Source of the DNA: Pecten maximus
Taxonomy: Eukaryota
Assembly (NCBI RefSeq): GCF_902652985.1
Contig: NC_047021.1
Span: 16,678,001 to 16,742,000, forward strand
Length of the DNA stretch: 64,000 bases
Reading direction: 5' to 3'
The notes under the pieces were generated by a model. The model did not search any database. It was not told the origin of the DNA and saw only the letters and a program-made list of their open reading frames with translations. The position numbers and the translations under genes were made by a program. Below are positions 28,430 through 41,719 of the stretch, piece by piece (the stretch's first letter is position 1; the number at the start of each line of letters is the position of its first letter).

Positions 28430-29234
28430 ATGTAACACCTAAGGATATCCATAATGATATGGAAGCAACACCAGAGAAAGATGTCCTTCATATGCTACAG
28501 TAAAAAGGTGGGTGGCGGAATTTAAGCACCGCCGACAGAGCCTTGAGGATGACCCACGTCCTGGAAGGCCTGTCAATGTTGCAACCCCAGAAATGGTCAA
28601 TAAAGTGCATGATATTGTTATGACTGACAGACATTTCATAGGAAAGAATACATTCCATTCCAATCTTAACCTTGTTGAAGAAGATCCTTCCAACTTTCTT
28701 CAGAGATTTGTCACTATGGATGAAATATGGTCCATCATTTTACCCCAGCGGCCGAACAACAATCGAAACAATGGAAGCACCCTGGCTCTCCCCGCCAAAG
28801 AAGGCAAAGACTGTTCCATCAGCTGGGAAGGTTATGGCCTCGGTTGTCTGGGATACAGATGGTATTCTGCGGATAGATTATCTCCAAAAGGAACAAACAA
28901 TCAATAACACATTCTATGCTTCGCTTCTGAGGCAGTTACGGGAAAATATTCAACTTAAACGCTACGGAAAGCTCACTAAGGTGTGTTATTCCATCCGGAC
29001 AGTGCTCATGTTCACAAGTCTGTCATTGCCATAGCTGCCATTCACGATTGTGGCTTTAAATTTATTGAACATCCACCTTATTCACTTGATCACACTCCAT
29101 CAGTCTTGCATCTATTTTCAAAACTGAAAGTGTATAGATACTGAATGTGATTATGTCGAAAAAATAATACAATATGTCCGGCAAAATTCAAATTCTTCAA
29201 TATGAGACTCATAACATATCAATCAGCCCTCGTA
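28430..29234 (+). mobile_element. Truncated mariner (Tc1/mariner) transposon, transposase pseudogene
   Basis: PSYATVKRWVAEFK..SLEDDPRPGRP, FVTMDE.W, PKKAKTVPSAGKVMASVVWD..GIL.IDYL, HPPYS spread over shifting frames with an internal deletion. Right TIR ends ..TCAATCAGCCCTCG-TA; left TIR not found. Confidence 0.9.
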
Positions 29235-30959
29235 ATTAAAATCTAGATTGTCATTCTCACTATGTGACATGGATATCTGACGACACTTGGTGACCTTTTG
29301 AATTAACCAATCAAATTACTTCTTACAGCATCTTGGAAATGATTTTTGTATAATCTGTCAATCTGTTTAAAGTCATTTTGTCCAACGAAGCATATAACTA
29401 TAACCATACTGTACCGACATGGTTAGCTTCAGATGCATGAAGTGACGAATGGTTGAGATCGATGACATCGAAAAATTGAAAATTCGACATGAAAGTGAAA
29501 TATTGAGATAACGAAAGTCATCCTGACTTGACCTGTTATGCGACATTGTTAGATATTCATGTAACGTAATGAGAATAAGCATCAAGATTTTAATTAGATT
29601 GTCAGTCGATCTTGTTACCGACACCTCAGTGCTTGTCGTCGGTGTTGTTGGATGCTTTGACCAGAAAATATAGACATAAAATCAGCATATCTGTAAATAT
29701 GTAGCATCAGAGTACAGTAATATATAAATCAAATTATATTGACATTAATCAAAAGGTTGTAAAAAAAGACATTAGCATAAATACATATATCACAGCCGTT
29801 TATACATCATACTAATACATATATAAAGATATCTCCGCTGATCAATAGACAGCGTTACTATGTACGAAATATAGCATCGTGACAACTTGGTGACTGATTG
29901 GTTTGATTTGAATATTGATTAGAAGCACGCCCATGAAAGACAATATCTATATGAACAGGTACAAGGTTACCTTTCACCCCACGCTTTACTCAATACAAAA
30001 CTACTTACTGACCTTCCGGAGAAGCTCCTTGTTTTGTGGTATAATGTTTGTGTAGTAATTGGTCGATGTTCGTTTATTATGTGGTAAGAGGTGGTATTCT
30101 GATCTCTGAACAGTGACGTCCGACATGTCATTTCACGAGTGCATCAGTGTTTAAAAAATGGTAAAAACGACTTTATGTATTAATTGTAGTAATGCATTCA
30201 TTATGTACTGCATATTGTATGCAACATTGCATCATACAGCTCGTTCAACATTCTAGAACATTTCCAGAGACGCTTTGGAATCAAAAACATGGAAATCCAA
30301 AAAAGCATTTAAGAAAACACAATATTAATTTATAATATAGAAGAAGAAGGGCTTTTAAACCTTAATCAAAAGGGAGTAAGCAACCAATTAAAAAATAGAC
30401 TTTTGAGAGTTGCCCCTGTGTATTGTGATTAAGCCAGTATAAAGGCTCCTTAACAGGGAGAAGACATGATGTAAACATATCAACAATCACGTCAACCTTC
30501 ATATCACACGTGGTGAGATAATGATGTGAGTAAGAAACTTTCCCATGATCCTCATCATCCAGCATCTTTTAAAAACCTGTGTTATAAGTTGTTTTAGCAA
30601 GCTACATATTTCACATTCATCGCTATTGGTAAAAGAGTCCCTGGGCATCGAATCAACTTGGATCATGCAAACAACAGAGAAATTAAAATAATCACGTTAA
30701 TCGTTTATCATTTGACAAGTTGTAAGTTAGAATTGAGATAAGCCGCTGATGTTAAAGAGTCTGCAGATTCCTAGATTTTAAGTTCTCTACGGTATATCTG
30801 ACATTTTTATATAAATAAAAAATAACTACCATCAATATGCCAAAGGTCAAACTTGATAACATTGGTTTTATTATATCTTTTTGATCCATTAGTATGTGAA
30901 TGAAAACAAAAAAACAATCCGCCAAGTGAGGGACATCTGTTTTCATAAATGTAATAATC

Positions 30960-33750
30960 TTGAGGGACATTTGTTAATTTTGTTCCCACAAGTGTACCAA
31001 TCATAAGGGACATTTGTTCCCACAAGTGTACCAATCTTGAGGGACATTTGTTAATTTTGTTCCCACAAGTGTACCAATCATGAAGGAATTTTGTTCCCAC
31101 AAGTGTACCAATCATGAGGGAATTTTGTTCCCACAAGTTTACCTATCATGAGGAAATTTGATCCCACAAGTGTACCAATCATGACGAAATTTTGTTCCCA
31201 CAAGTGTACCAATCATGAGGGAATTTTGTTCCCGCAAGTGTACCAATCATGAGGGAATTTTGTTCCCGCAAGTGTACCAATCATGAGGGAATTTTGTTCC
31301 CACAAGTGTACCAATCATGAGGGAATTTTGTTCCCGCAAGTGTATCAATCATGAGGAAATTTCGTTCCCACAAGTGTACCAATCATGAAGGAATTTTGTT
31401 CCCACAAGTGTACCAATCATGAAGGACATTTGTTCCCACAAGTGTACCTATCATGAGGGAATTTTGTTCCCACAAGTGTACCAATCATGAGGGAATTTTG
31501 TTCCCGCAAGTGTACCAATCATGAGGGAATTTCGTTCCCACAAGTGTACCAATCATGAAGGAATTTTGTTCCCACAAGTGTACCAATCATGAGGGAATTT
31601 TGTTCCCACAAGTGTACCAATCATGAAGGAATTTTGTTCCCACAAGTGTACCAATCATGAGGGAATTTTGTTCCCACAAGTGTACCTATCATCAGGAAAT
31701 TTGATCCCACAAGTGTACCAATCATGACGAAATTTTGTTCCCACAAGTGTACCAATCATGAGGGAATTTTGTTCCCGCAAGTGTACCAATCATGAGGGAA
31801 TTTTGTTCCCGCAAGTGTACCAATCATGAGGGAATTTTGTTCCCACAAGTGTACCAATCATGAGGGAATTTTGTTCCCGCAAGTGTATCAATCATGAGGA
31901 AATTTCGTTCCCACAAGTGTACCAATCATGAGGGAATTTTGTTCCCACAAGTGTACCAATCATAAGGGAATTTTGTTCCCACAAGTGTACCAATCATGAG
32001 GGAATTTTGTTCCCACAAGTGTACCAATCATGAAGGAAGTCCACAGTTAACAGGGAGAAACAGATGTACCAATCAAAGAATTCTGTTCACCTTCATATAC
32101 AAGTGGTGAGATAATGATGTGAGTGTACCAAAGAAGAATTTTTCCCATGACTCATCATCCAGCAATCTTTTAAAACCTTGGGTAATTGTTCAGTGTACAG
32201 CAAAGCTACATTTTCCACATGTACGCATCATGGGTAAAAGAGTTCCCTGGCATGTACAATCATTGGACATGCAACACAGAAATTAAATAATACGGATTAT
32301 CGTTTCATCATGTGACAATTGAAGTTTTAGCAATTGAGATAAGCGTGAATGTTAAAGATCTGAGATTCCTAGTTTTAGTTTTCCTCTACGGTACATCTGA
32401 AATTTTTATCCAAATAAAAATAATAGAATTGCCAGGTCAACTGAGGAATTTCGTTCCCACAAGGTCCATAGAATTGTTCCCACTACAACATAGGGACATT
32501 GTTTTCCCAAATGTACCAATCTGAGTCATTGTTGTTCCCGCAAGTGTATCAATCATGAGGAAATTTCGTTCCCACAAGTGTACCAATCATGAGGGAATTT
32601 TGTTCCCACAAGTGTACCAATCATAAGGGAATTTTGTTCCCACAAGTGTACCAATCATGAGGGAATTTTGTTCCCACAAGTGTACCAATCATGAAGGAAT
32701 TTGTTCCCACAAGTGTACCAATCATGAGGGAATTTTGTTCACACAAGTGTACCAATCATGAAGGAATTTTGTTCCCACAAGTGTACCAATCATGAGGAAT
32801 TTTGTTCCCACAAGTGTACCAATCATGAAGGAATTTTGTTCCCACAAGTGTACCAATCATGAGGGAATTTCGTTCCCACAAGTGTACCAATCATGAAGGA
32901 ATTTTGTTCCCACAAGTGTACCAATCATGAAGGAATTTGTTCCCACAAGTGTACCTAATCATGAGGGAATTTTGTTCCCACAAGTGTACCAATCATGAGG
33001 GAATTTTGTTCCCACAAGTGTACCAATCATGAGGGAATTTTGTTCCCACAAGTGTACCAATCATGAGGAAATTTTGTTCCCACAAGTGTACCAATCATGA
33101 GGGAAATTTTGTTCCCACAAGTGTACCAATCATGAGGGAATTTTGTTCCCACAAGTGTACCAATCATGAGGAATTTTGTTCCCACAAGTGTACCAATCAT
33201 GAGGGACATTTGTTCCCACAAGTGTACCAATCATGAGGGACATTTTGTTCCCACATGTGTACAAATCATGAGGGAATTTTGTTCCCACAAGTGTACCAAT
33301 CATGAGGGAATTTTGTTCCCACAAGTGTACCAATCATGAGGGAATTTTGTTCCCACAAGTGTACCTATCATGAGGGAATTTTTTCCCACAAGTGTACCAA
33401 TCATGAGGGAATTTTGTTCCCACAAGTGTACCAATCATGAGGAATTTTGTTCCCACAAGTGTACCAATCATGAGGGAATTTTGTTCCCACAAGTGTACCA
33501 ATCATGAAGGAATTTTGTTCCCACAAGTGTACCAATCATGAAGGAATTTCGTTCCCACAAATGTACCAATCATGAAGGAATTTTGTTCCCACAAGTGTAC
33601 CAATCATGAAGGAATTTCGTTCCCACAAGTGTACCAATCATGAAGGAATTTTGTTCCCACAAGTGTACCAATCATGAAGGAATTTCGTTCCCACAAGTGT
33701 ACCAATCATGAAGGAATTTCGTTCCCACAAGTGTACCAATCGTGAGGGAC
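30960..33750. repeat. 34-bp minisatellite array upstream of gene D, interrupted at 32040-32530
   Basis: Unit GTACCAATCATGAGGGAATTTTGTTCCCACAAGT. Confidence 0.96.
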
Positions 33751-34391
33751 AGTTGTTCCGCCATGACTACTTATCGCCTGTCAGTCCTTAAACCCCCACG
33801 ACAGATATTGTTGATCAAAAATTCTGTCATTTCTTTCAAATTTCTATTCGGTCGGGTGTTTGCAATTTTCTTAGAAATACAATTAGAAAGTCGCTTTTGA
33901 AGTTGTTATTGATATATAACTAATTTGTTATTACATCATGAAAGACTCGTACAACAAAAGGTCAACGAGATCACATGCACAACGTTTTATCAATTTCCGA
34001 AATATCTTCGTTTAAAGAATAAAAAGCAATGGCATAAATATACATTACCTGGAATTTGGGAGTTACCAGTGATTTTGTATTACTTACTAAATAGCGCCTT
34101 TAATTATAAATTCCATAACAGATTTAGTAAAGGACGATTGATAAGCATAAAAACCTTGTCATACAGCTGTTCCTGCGTACTATTACTCGTCAGCGAGGTT
34201 AATTATAAAACCATAAAGTTCAACAGTAGCACTTATTACCCAGCGATCTCAATATTGATTACAAATTAACAAGTCTGATAAAACATAGCTATAGACATAC
34301 ACATTTTTGTGTTTACTTAACTAAAAGCAGGCCTATACGGGTTGTTGTACTCGTAACTCTCTACCTAGACCAAAATGTAATACTCAGAGCG

Positions 34392-37300
34392 ATGGACACA
34401 GATTCATTTACCATACTTATTGCATTATACCTACAGGGAGGCACTTTTGGAAGTCACATAGGTATTTTTTCTTAAAGTAGTCTTATTTTTCAGTTTGTTT
34501 AACCGAGATGTTTAATTATTGTTTTAAATATATATTTTCACATTGATGCGGAGACAACTATGATCAGCCATTGATTCTATTACATTTCCAATTCTGCAGA
34601 TGTTATACTATGATGATATAGGTGTTTACTGTTAAAAACGGTCTGGTTTTACCGAGAAGTACTCCTATTATATATTCACAGGTATCGATTACCTCGCTGT
34701 ATTATCGATTTGATATTACTGTTTCATGTTAGACCTTTTTCAATATATATGAAATAATCGTATTTGAAATTATTTTCAATGCAAATGTCCCACTAGTATT
34801 TCCGGTTTTTCGTTATGTTCAATGCAAATATACCATTTGCATTTTCGGTTTGGCGTTATGTGAATGCAAATGTTGCATTAGTATTTCCGGTTCGGCGTTA
34901 TGTATATTGGAAATGTCACAGTAGTATTTCCGGTTTGGCTTCGTTCACTGTAAATGTAATTTTCTATTTTCCAGTTTGGTGTCATTCACTTTGTAAATAT
35001 ACATCAGGTTCGGTGGTTCCATGCTATTGTACAATATTTGTTGTCTATGTGTTTGCTACTAGAACCAAACATATTGCTGATTTGTATGTTTGTCATTCCT
35101 TCAGGATGCCCAAGCGAAGGAACAGTATTGACAGATAGCATATACAACGAGACATGCTTCTGGATAGTGCAGACTAGACAACAAATCCAAGTTGGGGAAG
35201 ATAGGTGTGCTACAAATGGAGGACACTTGGCAGTTGTTTCCAGTGAATCCATTGCGATCATGCTTTACTCCTTCATAACGAACACAGGTGTTTCGTATGT
35301 ATTTATTGATGACTATCTTCACAATGTACATTGTATTCAGAATCATAGTGATTTTGTCACAACAAAGATTTCTTTAATTTTAGCGAGGCTCAATTTGGCG
35401 ATTTGGCGGCGCCGTATATAGATCGCAAAAATTTAATCCGCCAAATTTTAACACCGCCAATTAAGATGAAGCGAAAATTTCATCTTCATATTTGATAACT
35501 CCTCTAATGCTTCGATACTCCGAGATTAACTATTAGTGCGTATTGTTGGTTGTTGCCTGACAACTTTAGACAATCTAGGACGATTTTATTTTAATTTAGG
35601 TATGATGTCTTCCTATCCAATTAGTCATGTACATATAATTCAATATCTTTCCTGTAGTAGTCAATGATTTACCTGCATTCCATATATTCGTATAGACTCG
35701 CATGAGGTTTTTTTCCGGCCCGCTTGACGACAATTTAAAAATATGATTTTTTTTAAAAGAAAGCCTCTACAATTAAATTAATATTAGCAGCTTATCTATC
35801 CGTATATGTATCATACAATAGACGACCGGCAATATTATACAGTTTATTAAACACGCTTCATTATGCCATTTATTCTCTTTGTCTGTTGCATGTACATGTA
35901 GCTTATTTGTACGTATTCGTTAAAACGCTTGGTATTACGATCGCGAAAATGTTCCGCTCTCCCCACCCGTTCATTCTAACGACTTGTCCGACAAGGAGTC
36001 TCTCCATGAGTTTGGTATTGATGGCTTTATTGCCGTAGAGATCAAAGCAACCTGTTGGTGATAAGAAAAAAGTCGAGATATCTTTTAAAGACGCATACTC
36101 CCAAATAACCTAAACTTTTACATACACATGTACTAATGACAATCCAAGATGCTCATTCACGCTCTCCTAACATTAAAATGACCATTAGACTAGACACTTG
36201 ACCGGGGGAATCCTGGCGACTTCAGTGTATGAAAATACTTTGCGGTATTTATTTTTTATCGCGAGATTTGCCATGAAGCCTAGAACGAGGCTACAAGAAC
36301 GTTCACTACACATAAACTGCACACTAATCAATATAAACAAACATACAACTAAATACCTGATTTTGAAATATAGCAATATGCATACAACAAAACATCGATA
36401 AAATTGAGATCGGTGAAGTGGACACAATGTTCGAGGAATACGGTAAAACCTAACCAGCAATCCAATAGACGTCCGGAAAAATCGGAATTCGAATCTATTT
36501 CTATTTCCTCTCCTGATGAGTTCCAACGAATCGATTCTTTTCCCAGGGAAATCCTGAGGTTTTGCCGATTCTAGTCCTTTTTAAGTTTTTTTTTTTTTGG
36601 CAGAATCTGTCTGCGTTTCTAGCTGGCCCACGCTTTCGGCGTTTTGTCATTTTGTGTTTTGTTGACCGTTTCATTGAGGGACTAATTTGCATTGAAACCT
36701 GGTCCACGGACCCAGTTATTATTTTATGGAATTTTCCGTATAGTTTCATAAAGACACATTTCCTTCCAGTTTTTGATTCGCGATAACTTGTTAGGTATAT
36801 ATATGAAGTCTGAAAACTGTAAAGAGGTCAAAATGTAATCATTTATATATATTTCATTTGGGAAAGAAAAAAAACGTGTGCCACACAGCATGCATTTCCG
36901 TTAGTTTAGTTTATTTCATTGCCAATATACAGCAAAAGGATTGAGCACAAGTTATATGAACATTACAGACGCCCGTTGCTAATAATATAATTAAACATAT
37001 GTATACATCATAAGATGGTTAAATAGTGATAATCATGTACAATACTAGTTTAATTGGATAAGAAAATTAAAGGGGATAGATAATGATATATCCATGAACC
37101 GAAGGAAAAATAACAAGGACATAGTCGTCAAGATCCCCCGCCCATGCAAAAATTGTATTACATGAAATTAAAGTGGGCAACATTCATAAAAACATGAAAA
37201 ACATGACATTTAGCATTTAGAATCATTACATTTATATTCATGTTCAGGCAGCAAGTTCCTGTGAAAGTAATTAACATAATTAGTAACAATTAAATAAGAT

Positions 37301-40300
37301 ATTATACTGTACAGTGAACTATCAAAATGGGCTAATCATGCTTGTATTCTCCCTTTCTTCCTACTAGATAGATCTGACTTAATATGGTTGGAAGTGTATC
37401 GACAGATGACTGTTTTGACATGAACCATACAATTAAGTTTTTCATTGAGGCTCAGATGGTTGATACAGTGCATTCCTCTTTATATCATGTTGTATTTGTC
37501 AGACAAAAACATGATATTAACAGAAATGTGAGCAATCAGCTAATCAGGTCACAGCAGCCTCATTAAATATGCGCGGAATATGCCGATGATCGAACTTGAA
37601 CGAGGGGTTCAGGTTATAAGTGTACCAAGCAAGTTTCATCAAAATTCAATCATTCCTTCAAAAGATATCGTCCGAAAAGCAATCAGCCAATCAGGTCACA
37701 GCAGCCTCATTAAATATGCGCGGAATATGCCGATGATCGAACTTGAGTGAAGGGTTCAGGTTATAAGTGTACCAAGCAAGTTTCATCAAAAGCCAATCAT
37801 TCCTTCAAAAGATATCGTCCGGAAAGCGAATCCAGACGGACGGAAGGACCCCATTTGTATATCGTACTTCGTTGGGCGGGGGATAATAAATAATATTTGT
37901 TACTATTTAGGTAGGTTAGGCAGCGGCATATTGACAATAAACATCAATAACAATCTTGAAAACAAATCCCTAATGGGTGCACGACAGTGAAAAACATTCA
38001 GTCTGCGATTGTTTAGTCTATGAATTAAAAAATAATAAGGACATTAAAGTTTGGAAAAACTTATTATTACCATAGGTTTGTCATATGCTTGTCCCTGGCT
38101 AAATAAAGAAGTAAGGTCGTTTCCCGTTTACCTTGACCTAGGTTTAGGCCACGATACAGGTAATGAATTACGTGACACCGGTGATTCCCACAGCACCAAA
38201 ATACACCGCCATGGTCCATTGGCGCGCTGTGTGATATGAGCGGATTATGTAGTCAATCAATAACATATGAAATAAAGTTTATTGACATACCAGATAGGAA
38301 TTTTACACTATCATGTTTAATGTACATTTAACGTTAAAAATATTTTTTCAAATACGACCAAGAAAAAATGAATGGTGTTAAGAAAAACAAAAACAAATAT
38401 GAAAACATACATCTTGGTAGGTGATTCGAACTCCGAACCTACGGTTGCCTAAGCGTTGCGGTGCGCCTTTGGTTCTACCATATAAATCAAAATATTTTAT
38501 CAACTACGCTTTTTCGCTTTTTCGATGTTAGGATTTTAATTGTCTTTTACTACATAGAATAAAATTATGCATTGTAAAAATTGATCTTCCGATGCACTCT
38601 ATGTCAAATAAAGATTTGAATGCAGGAAAAAAACCCACGAACGTTGCAAATAGCTCGACTCATACCATTATTGTAGGAACATCACACGCGACATGTGGCT
38701 GTTTGATACGTTTTTTGTTTCTTTCTCGTTAATTAAGCTCGTGTCATTGTATCTTATGTATCTAACTTGAGTATTATTAACGCCGTATCCAACAACCACT
38801 TGTTTCCGTGCAACCTCTATTTCATCTGCTATTAAGTAGTTCTTCGGGAAGTGATAGCTCATTCGGTAGAACTTCGGACAGCAGCTTTAGGGGAATTCGA
38901 GGTTCAATCCCTACCCGAAGAGATTTATGTTTCTCAGAGAGCTAAAAACACGAACAGTTCTGTGATGTAGTGGCTGTTTCATGCGGCAAGATATTTCACC
39001 CCAAATGATCTTGTTGACATGCAACGGGCCTTCCGTATTGTGCCCAAGGAGATAGTCAACAGCTGTTACAAGGACACTCCGCCTCCAAATTACACTGGCT
39101 CTTTACTGAGCAATAAACGCAACAAAATACGCAAACTTATAAGTATTCAACGAATACAACCAAGTTTCATAATGCATAAAAAAAGTAAAAAATACGATAA
39201 GTATAAGAGTGAATTAACATCGTAATGATATGCTAATTAAAAGGCTACATTGTTTTATCGTATATTTTTAAACTTATAAATACTGTCTTGTGAATACGTT
39301 ACACATTTAAATTATGCTGATATATATTCTAATATTTAACCTAGTGAATTGTTAAAGTTGAAAATTTTAATGATGTAGGCATTAATTAAATACAAAGCCT
39401 ATTTTTTGTTTAATCAGATCAAACTGGCTATATATGGGATACAATGAATACAATAACAAAGTCACAGTGAGACGCACAGGGGAACAACAGTTGTGGACTT
39501 ATTGGGACAATAGAGAACCAAACGACAGAGTCTCTCCTGAACCATGTATAGCTATCAAGGTGGCCAACGGCAAATGGCATGATATTCCATGCACGTGGAA
39601 TGTATGTGCGTTATGCTCGAAACATCTCCATACAGGTTTGTCTTACTTGTTAACAAATCTTATGCATCTAAATCTAGCAGGTTTTCTTACCTTTTAAAAA
39701 AAATAATATGCATTCATTACTAGATCAATGTTAATGCACACTTGTATCAATTGAAGGCTCATTTTCCAAACATTGTTTCGATTGATTTACAGTAGGAATA
39801 AATAAAAAAAACAGTCTAAAGTTGTTAAATGTTTATAGATCTGTTTATGTAGGCTGTGATTTCTGGTCTTGGTTTTCTATGGTAAACATGACGGTAGCAC
39901 TAATTCACCACTGCACTATTCTGTTGCAGTTCTGTAAAATTTAGATTATATCATTTAAGATGACTGACGCTTTGCATATCCTAACCATTTTTTTAAAATA
40001 TGTTTGGTAGTAGTATTTAACGTAGAGTGTTCTAACTAGACGATTCAAACAAACAATTGATCTTAGAAATATATATCTATATGTCATCGGTAAAATAGTC
40101 AATGTATTTTCTATCTATTGACGTAAATAAGTTTTGGAATTTAAGTCAAAGTGCTTTTGATCCGGCTTAATGACAAAAACTTTTTTTTTTTAAGTGATTA
40201 TCAAACCGAACGATTAGATTCATTGTTGAACAAAAGAAATAACATTCTCTTCCTACATATTATTTAGTTGACTTTGTAGAATTTCAGCAAGCCATGCATG

Positions 40301-41719
40301 TTCATTTAAAGATGTAATTAATTATTGTGTCAGTTAAACATAAAGAAAAGCACAAATTGTAAATATTTTTTAAATACTGTTCCCATAGATACAACGACTG
40401 AGGAACTAACAACTGAAAAAACAACTCAGAAGCCTTATAATACAACCCCTCCCATTCCGTCAGGAATACCAACCACTTCACCTCAGGAACCGACGACCAA
40501 TAAAACAACCCAGGCACCGACAATTACTACAACAATTTGGGAACCGACATCCATCAATGCAACAACACAGGCACATACAACAATCACTGTAACTCAGGAA
40601 CCCTTAACATCAACCACTAAAACAACTCAGGAACCCACAACAACCACAACACCAACTCATGAACAAATAACCACAACCATTACAACAACTCAGGAACCCA
40701 CAACAACAGCCACTACAACAACTCAGGAACCCACAACAACAACCACTACAACAACTCAGGAACCCATAACAACAACCACTACAACAACTCAGGAACCCAC
40801 AACAACCACTACAACAACTCAGGAACCCACAACAACAACCACTACAACAACTCAGGAACCCATAACAACAACCACTACAACAACTCAGGAACCCACAACA
40901 ACCACTACAACAACTCAGGAACCCACAACAACAACCACTACAACAACTCAGGAACCCACAACAACCGCTACAACAACTCAGGAACCCATAACAACAACCA
41001 CTACAACAACTCAGGAACCCATAACAACAACCACTACAACAACTCAGGAACCCACAACAACCACTACAACAACTAAGGAACCCACAACAACCACTACAAC
41101 AACTCAGGAACCCACAGCAACAACCACTACCTTAACTCATGAACCAATAACCACAACCACTACAACAACTCAGGAACCCATAACAACAACCACTACAACA
41201 ATCACTACTACTCAGGAATCCATAACCACTTCGACAAGCACGACAACATCAAAGGAACTAACAACAGCCAGTACAACAATCCAGGAATTGACAACCATCG
41301 TTGCAGCATCTCAAGAAATAACAACTTCAAAAAAGCAGAAGCCATCAACCACTACTTCAACAATTCGGGAACTAGCAATAACTACAACAGCTGGGGCTCA
41401 AACAGCATCCACTACAACAACTATTGAGAACATAACAACACCAATCCTCATCGCCTGCTTTTGTCCGTGTAGACAGAGTAACTACACGGTCAGTGAGCTT
41501 GAAGCCAAACTAGAGAATTTAAAGGAGCAGACAAGAATTGACGAAGAAACGTTATCGTCTACGATAAGAAAGAGGACTTGTGCCGACGATCCTCGTCCCT
41601 CTGTGGCCTATGTAGGATACATTGGAATAGGGTTTCTAACTTTCATATCCTTTGGAATTTTACTGCCGGACATTTTTCAAATGATACAAACACTAGAACG
41701 ACTTCGTGAAACAAATTAA
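34392..41719 (+). CDS. Gene D: type I membrane C-type lectin-mucin with EPN/WHD site and long stalk (~602 aa, 4 exons)
   Basis: Exons 34392-34461 (MDTDSFTILIALYLQGGTFGSHI-G), 35105-35294 (TCFW..RC..GGHLA), 39418-39635 (WLYMGY, YWDNREPND, PCIAI..KWHDIPC..ALC), 40389-41719 (mucin, CFCPC, LSSTIRKRTCADDPRPS, TM). Phases 1,2,1; 1809 nt open. Confidence 0.88.
34778..34995. repeat. Degenerate ~43-44-bp tandem repeat in intron 1 of gene D
   Basis: About 5 copies of AATGCAAATGT..TAGTATTTCCGGTTTGGCGTTATG. Confidence 0.7.
36400..36865 (+). repeat. Dispersed repeat (second copy at ~48140-48610)
   Basis: Shared CAGCAATCCAATA..GACGTCCGG.AAAATCGGAAT, TTTTTGGCAGAATC.GTCTGCGTTT and CAGTTATTATTT.ATGG(G)AATT motifs in the same orientation. 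Confidence 0.75.
37111..37890 (+). mobile_element. Non-autonomous Helentron-associated (pearl/HINE-like) element
   Basis: Starts AACAAGG..ATCCCCCGCCC and ends GGGCGGGGGATAATAA (inverted pair). Two tandem 147-bp cores (37531, 37678) followed by (GACG/GGAC)n. Confidence 0.65.

Noticed and set aside
29373-29690. Possible extra stalk exon (PTTPTTSTEVSVT..) on the minus strand
   Set aside because: No Cys cluster, DPRP motif or TM follows; too weak to support.
3551-33750. CRISPR-like appearance of the repeat arrays
   Set aside because: Units are contiguous with no unique spacers, there are no cas genes, and the context is eukaryotic.
38410-38925. tRNA-like A/B box segments in intron 2 of gene D
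   Set aside because: No intact cloverleaf; probably decayed repeat fragments.
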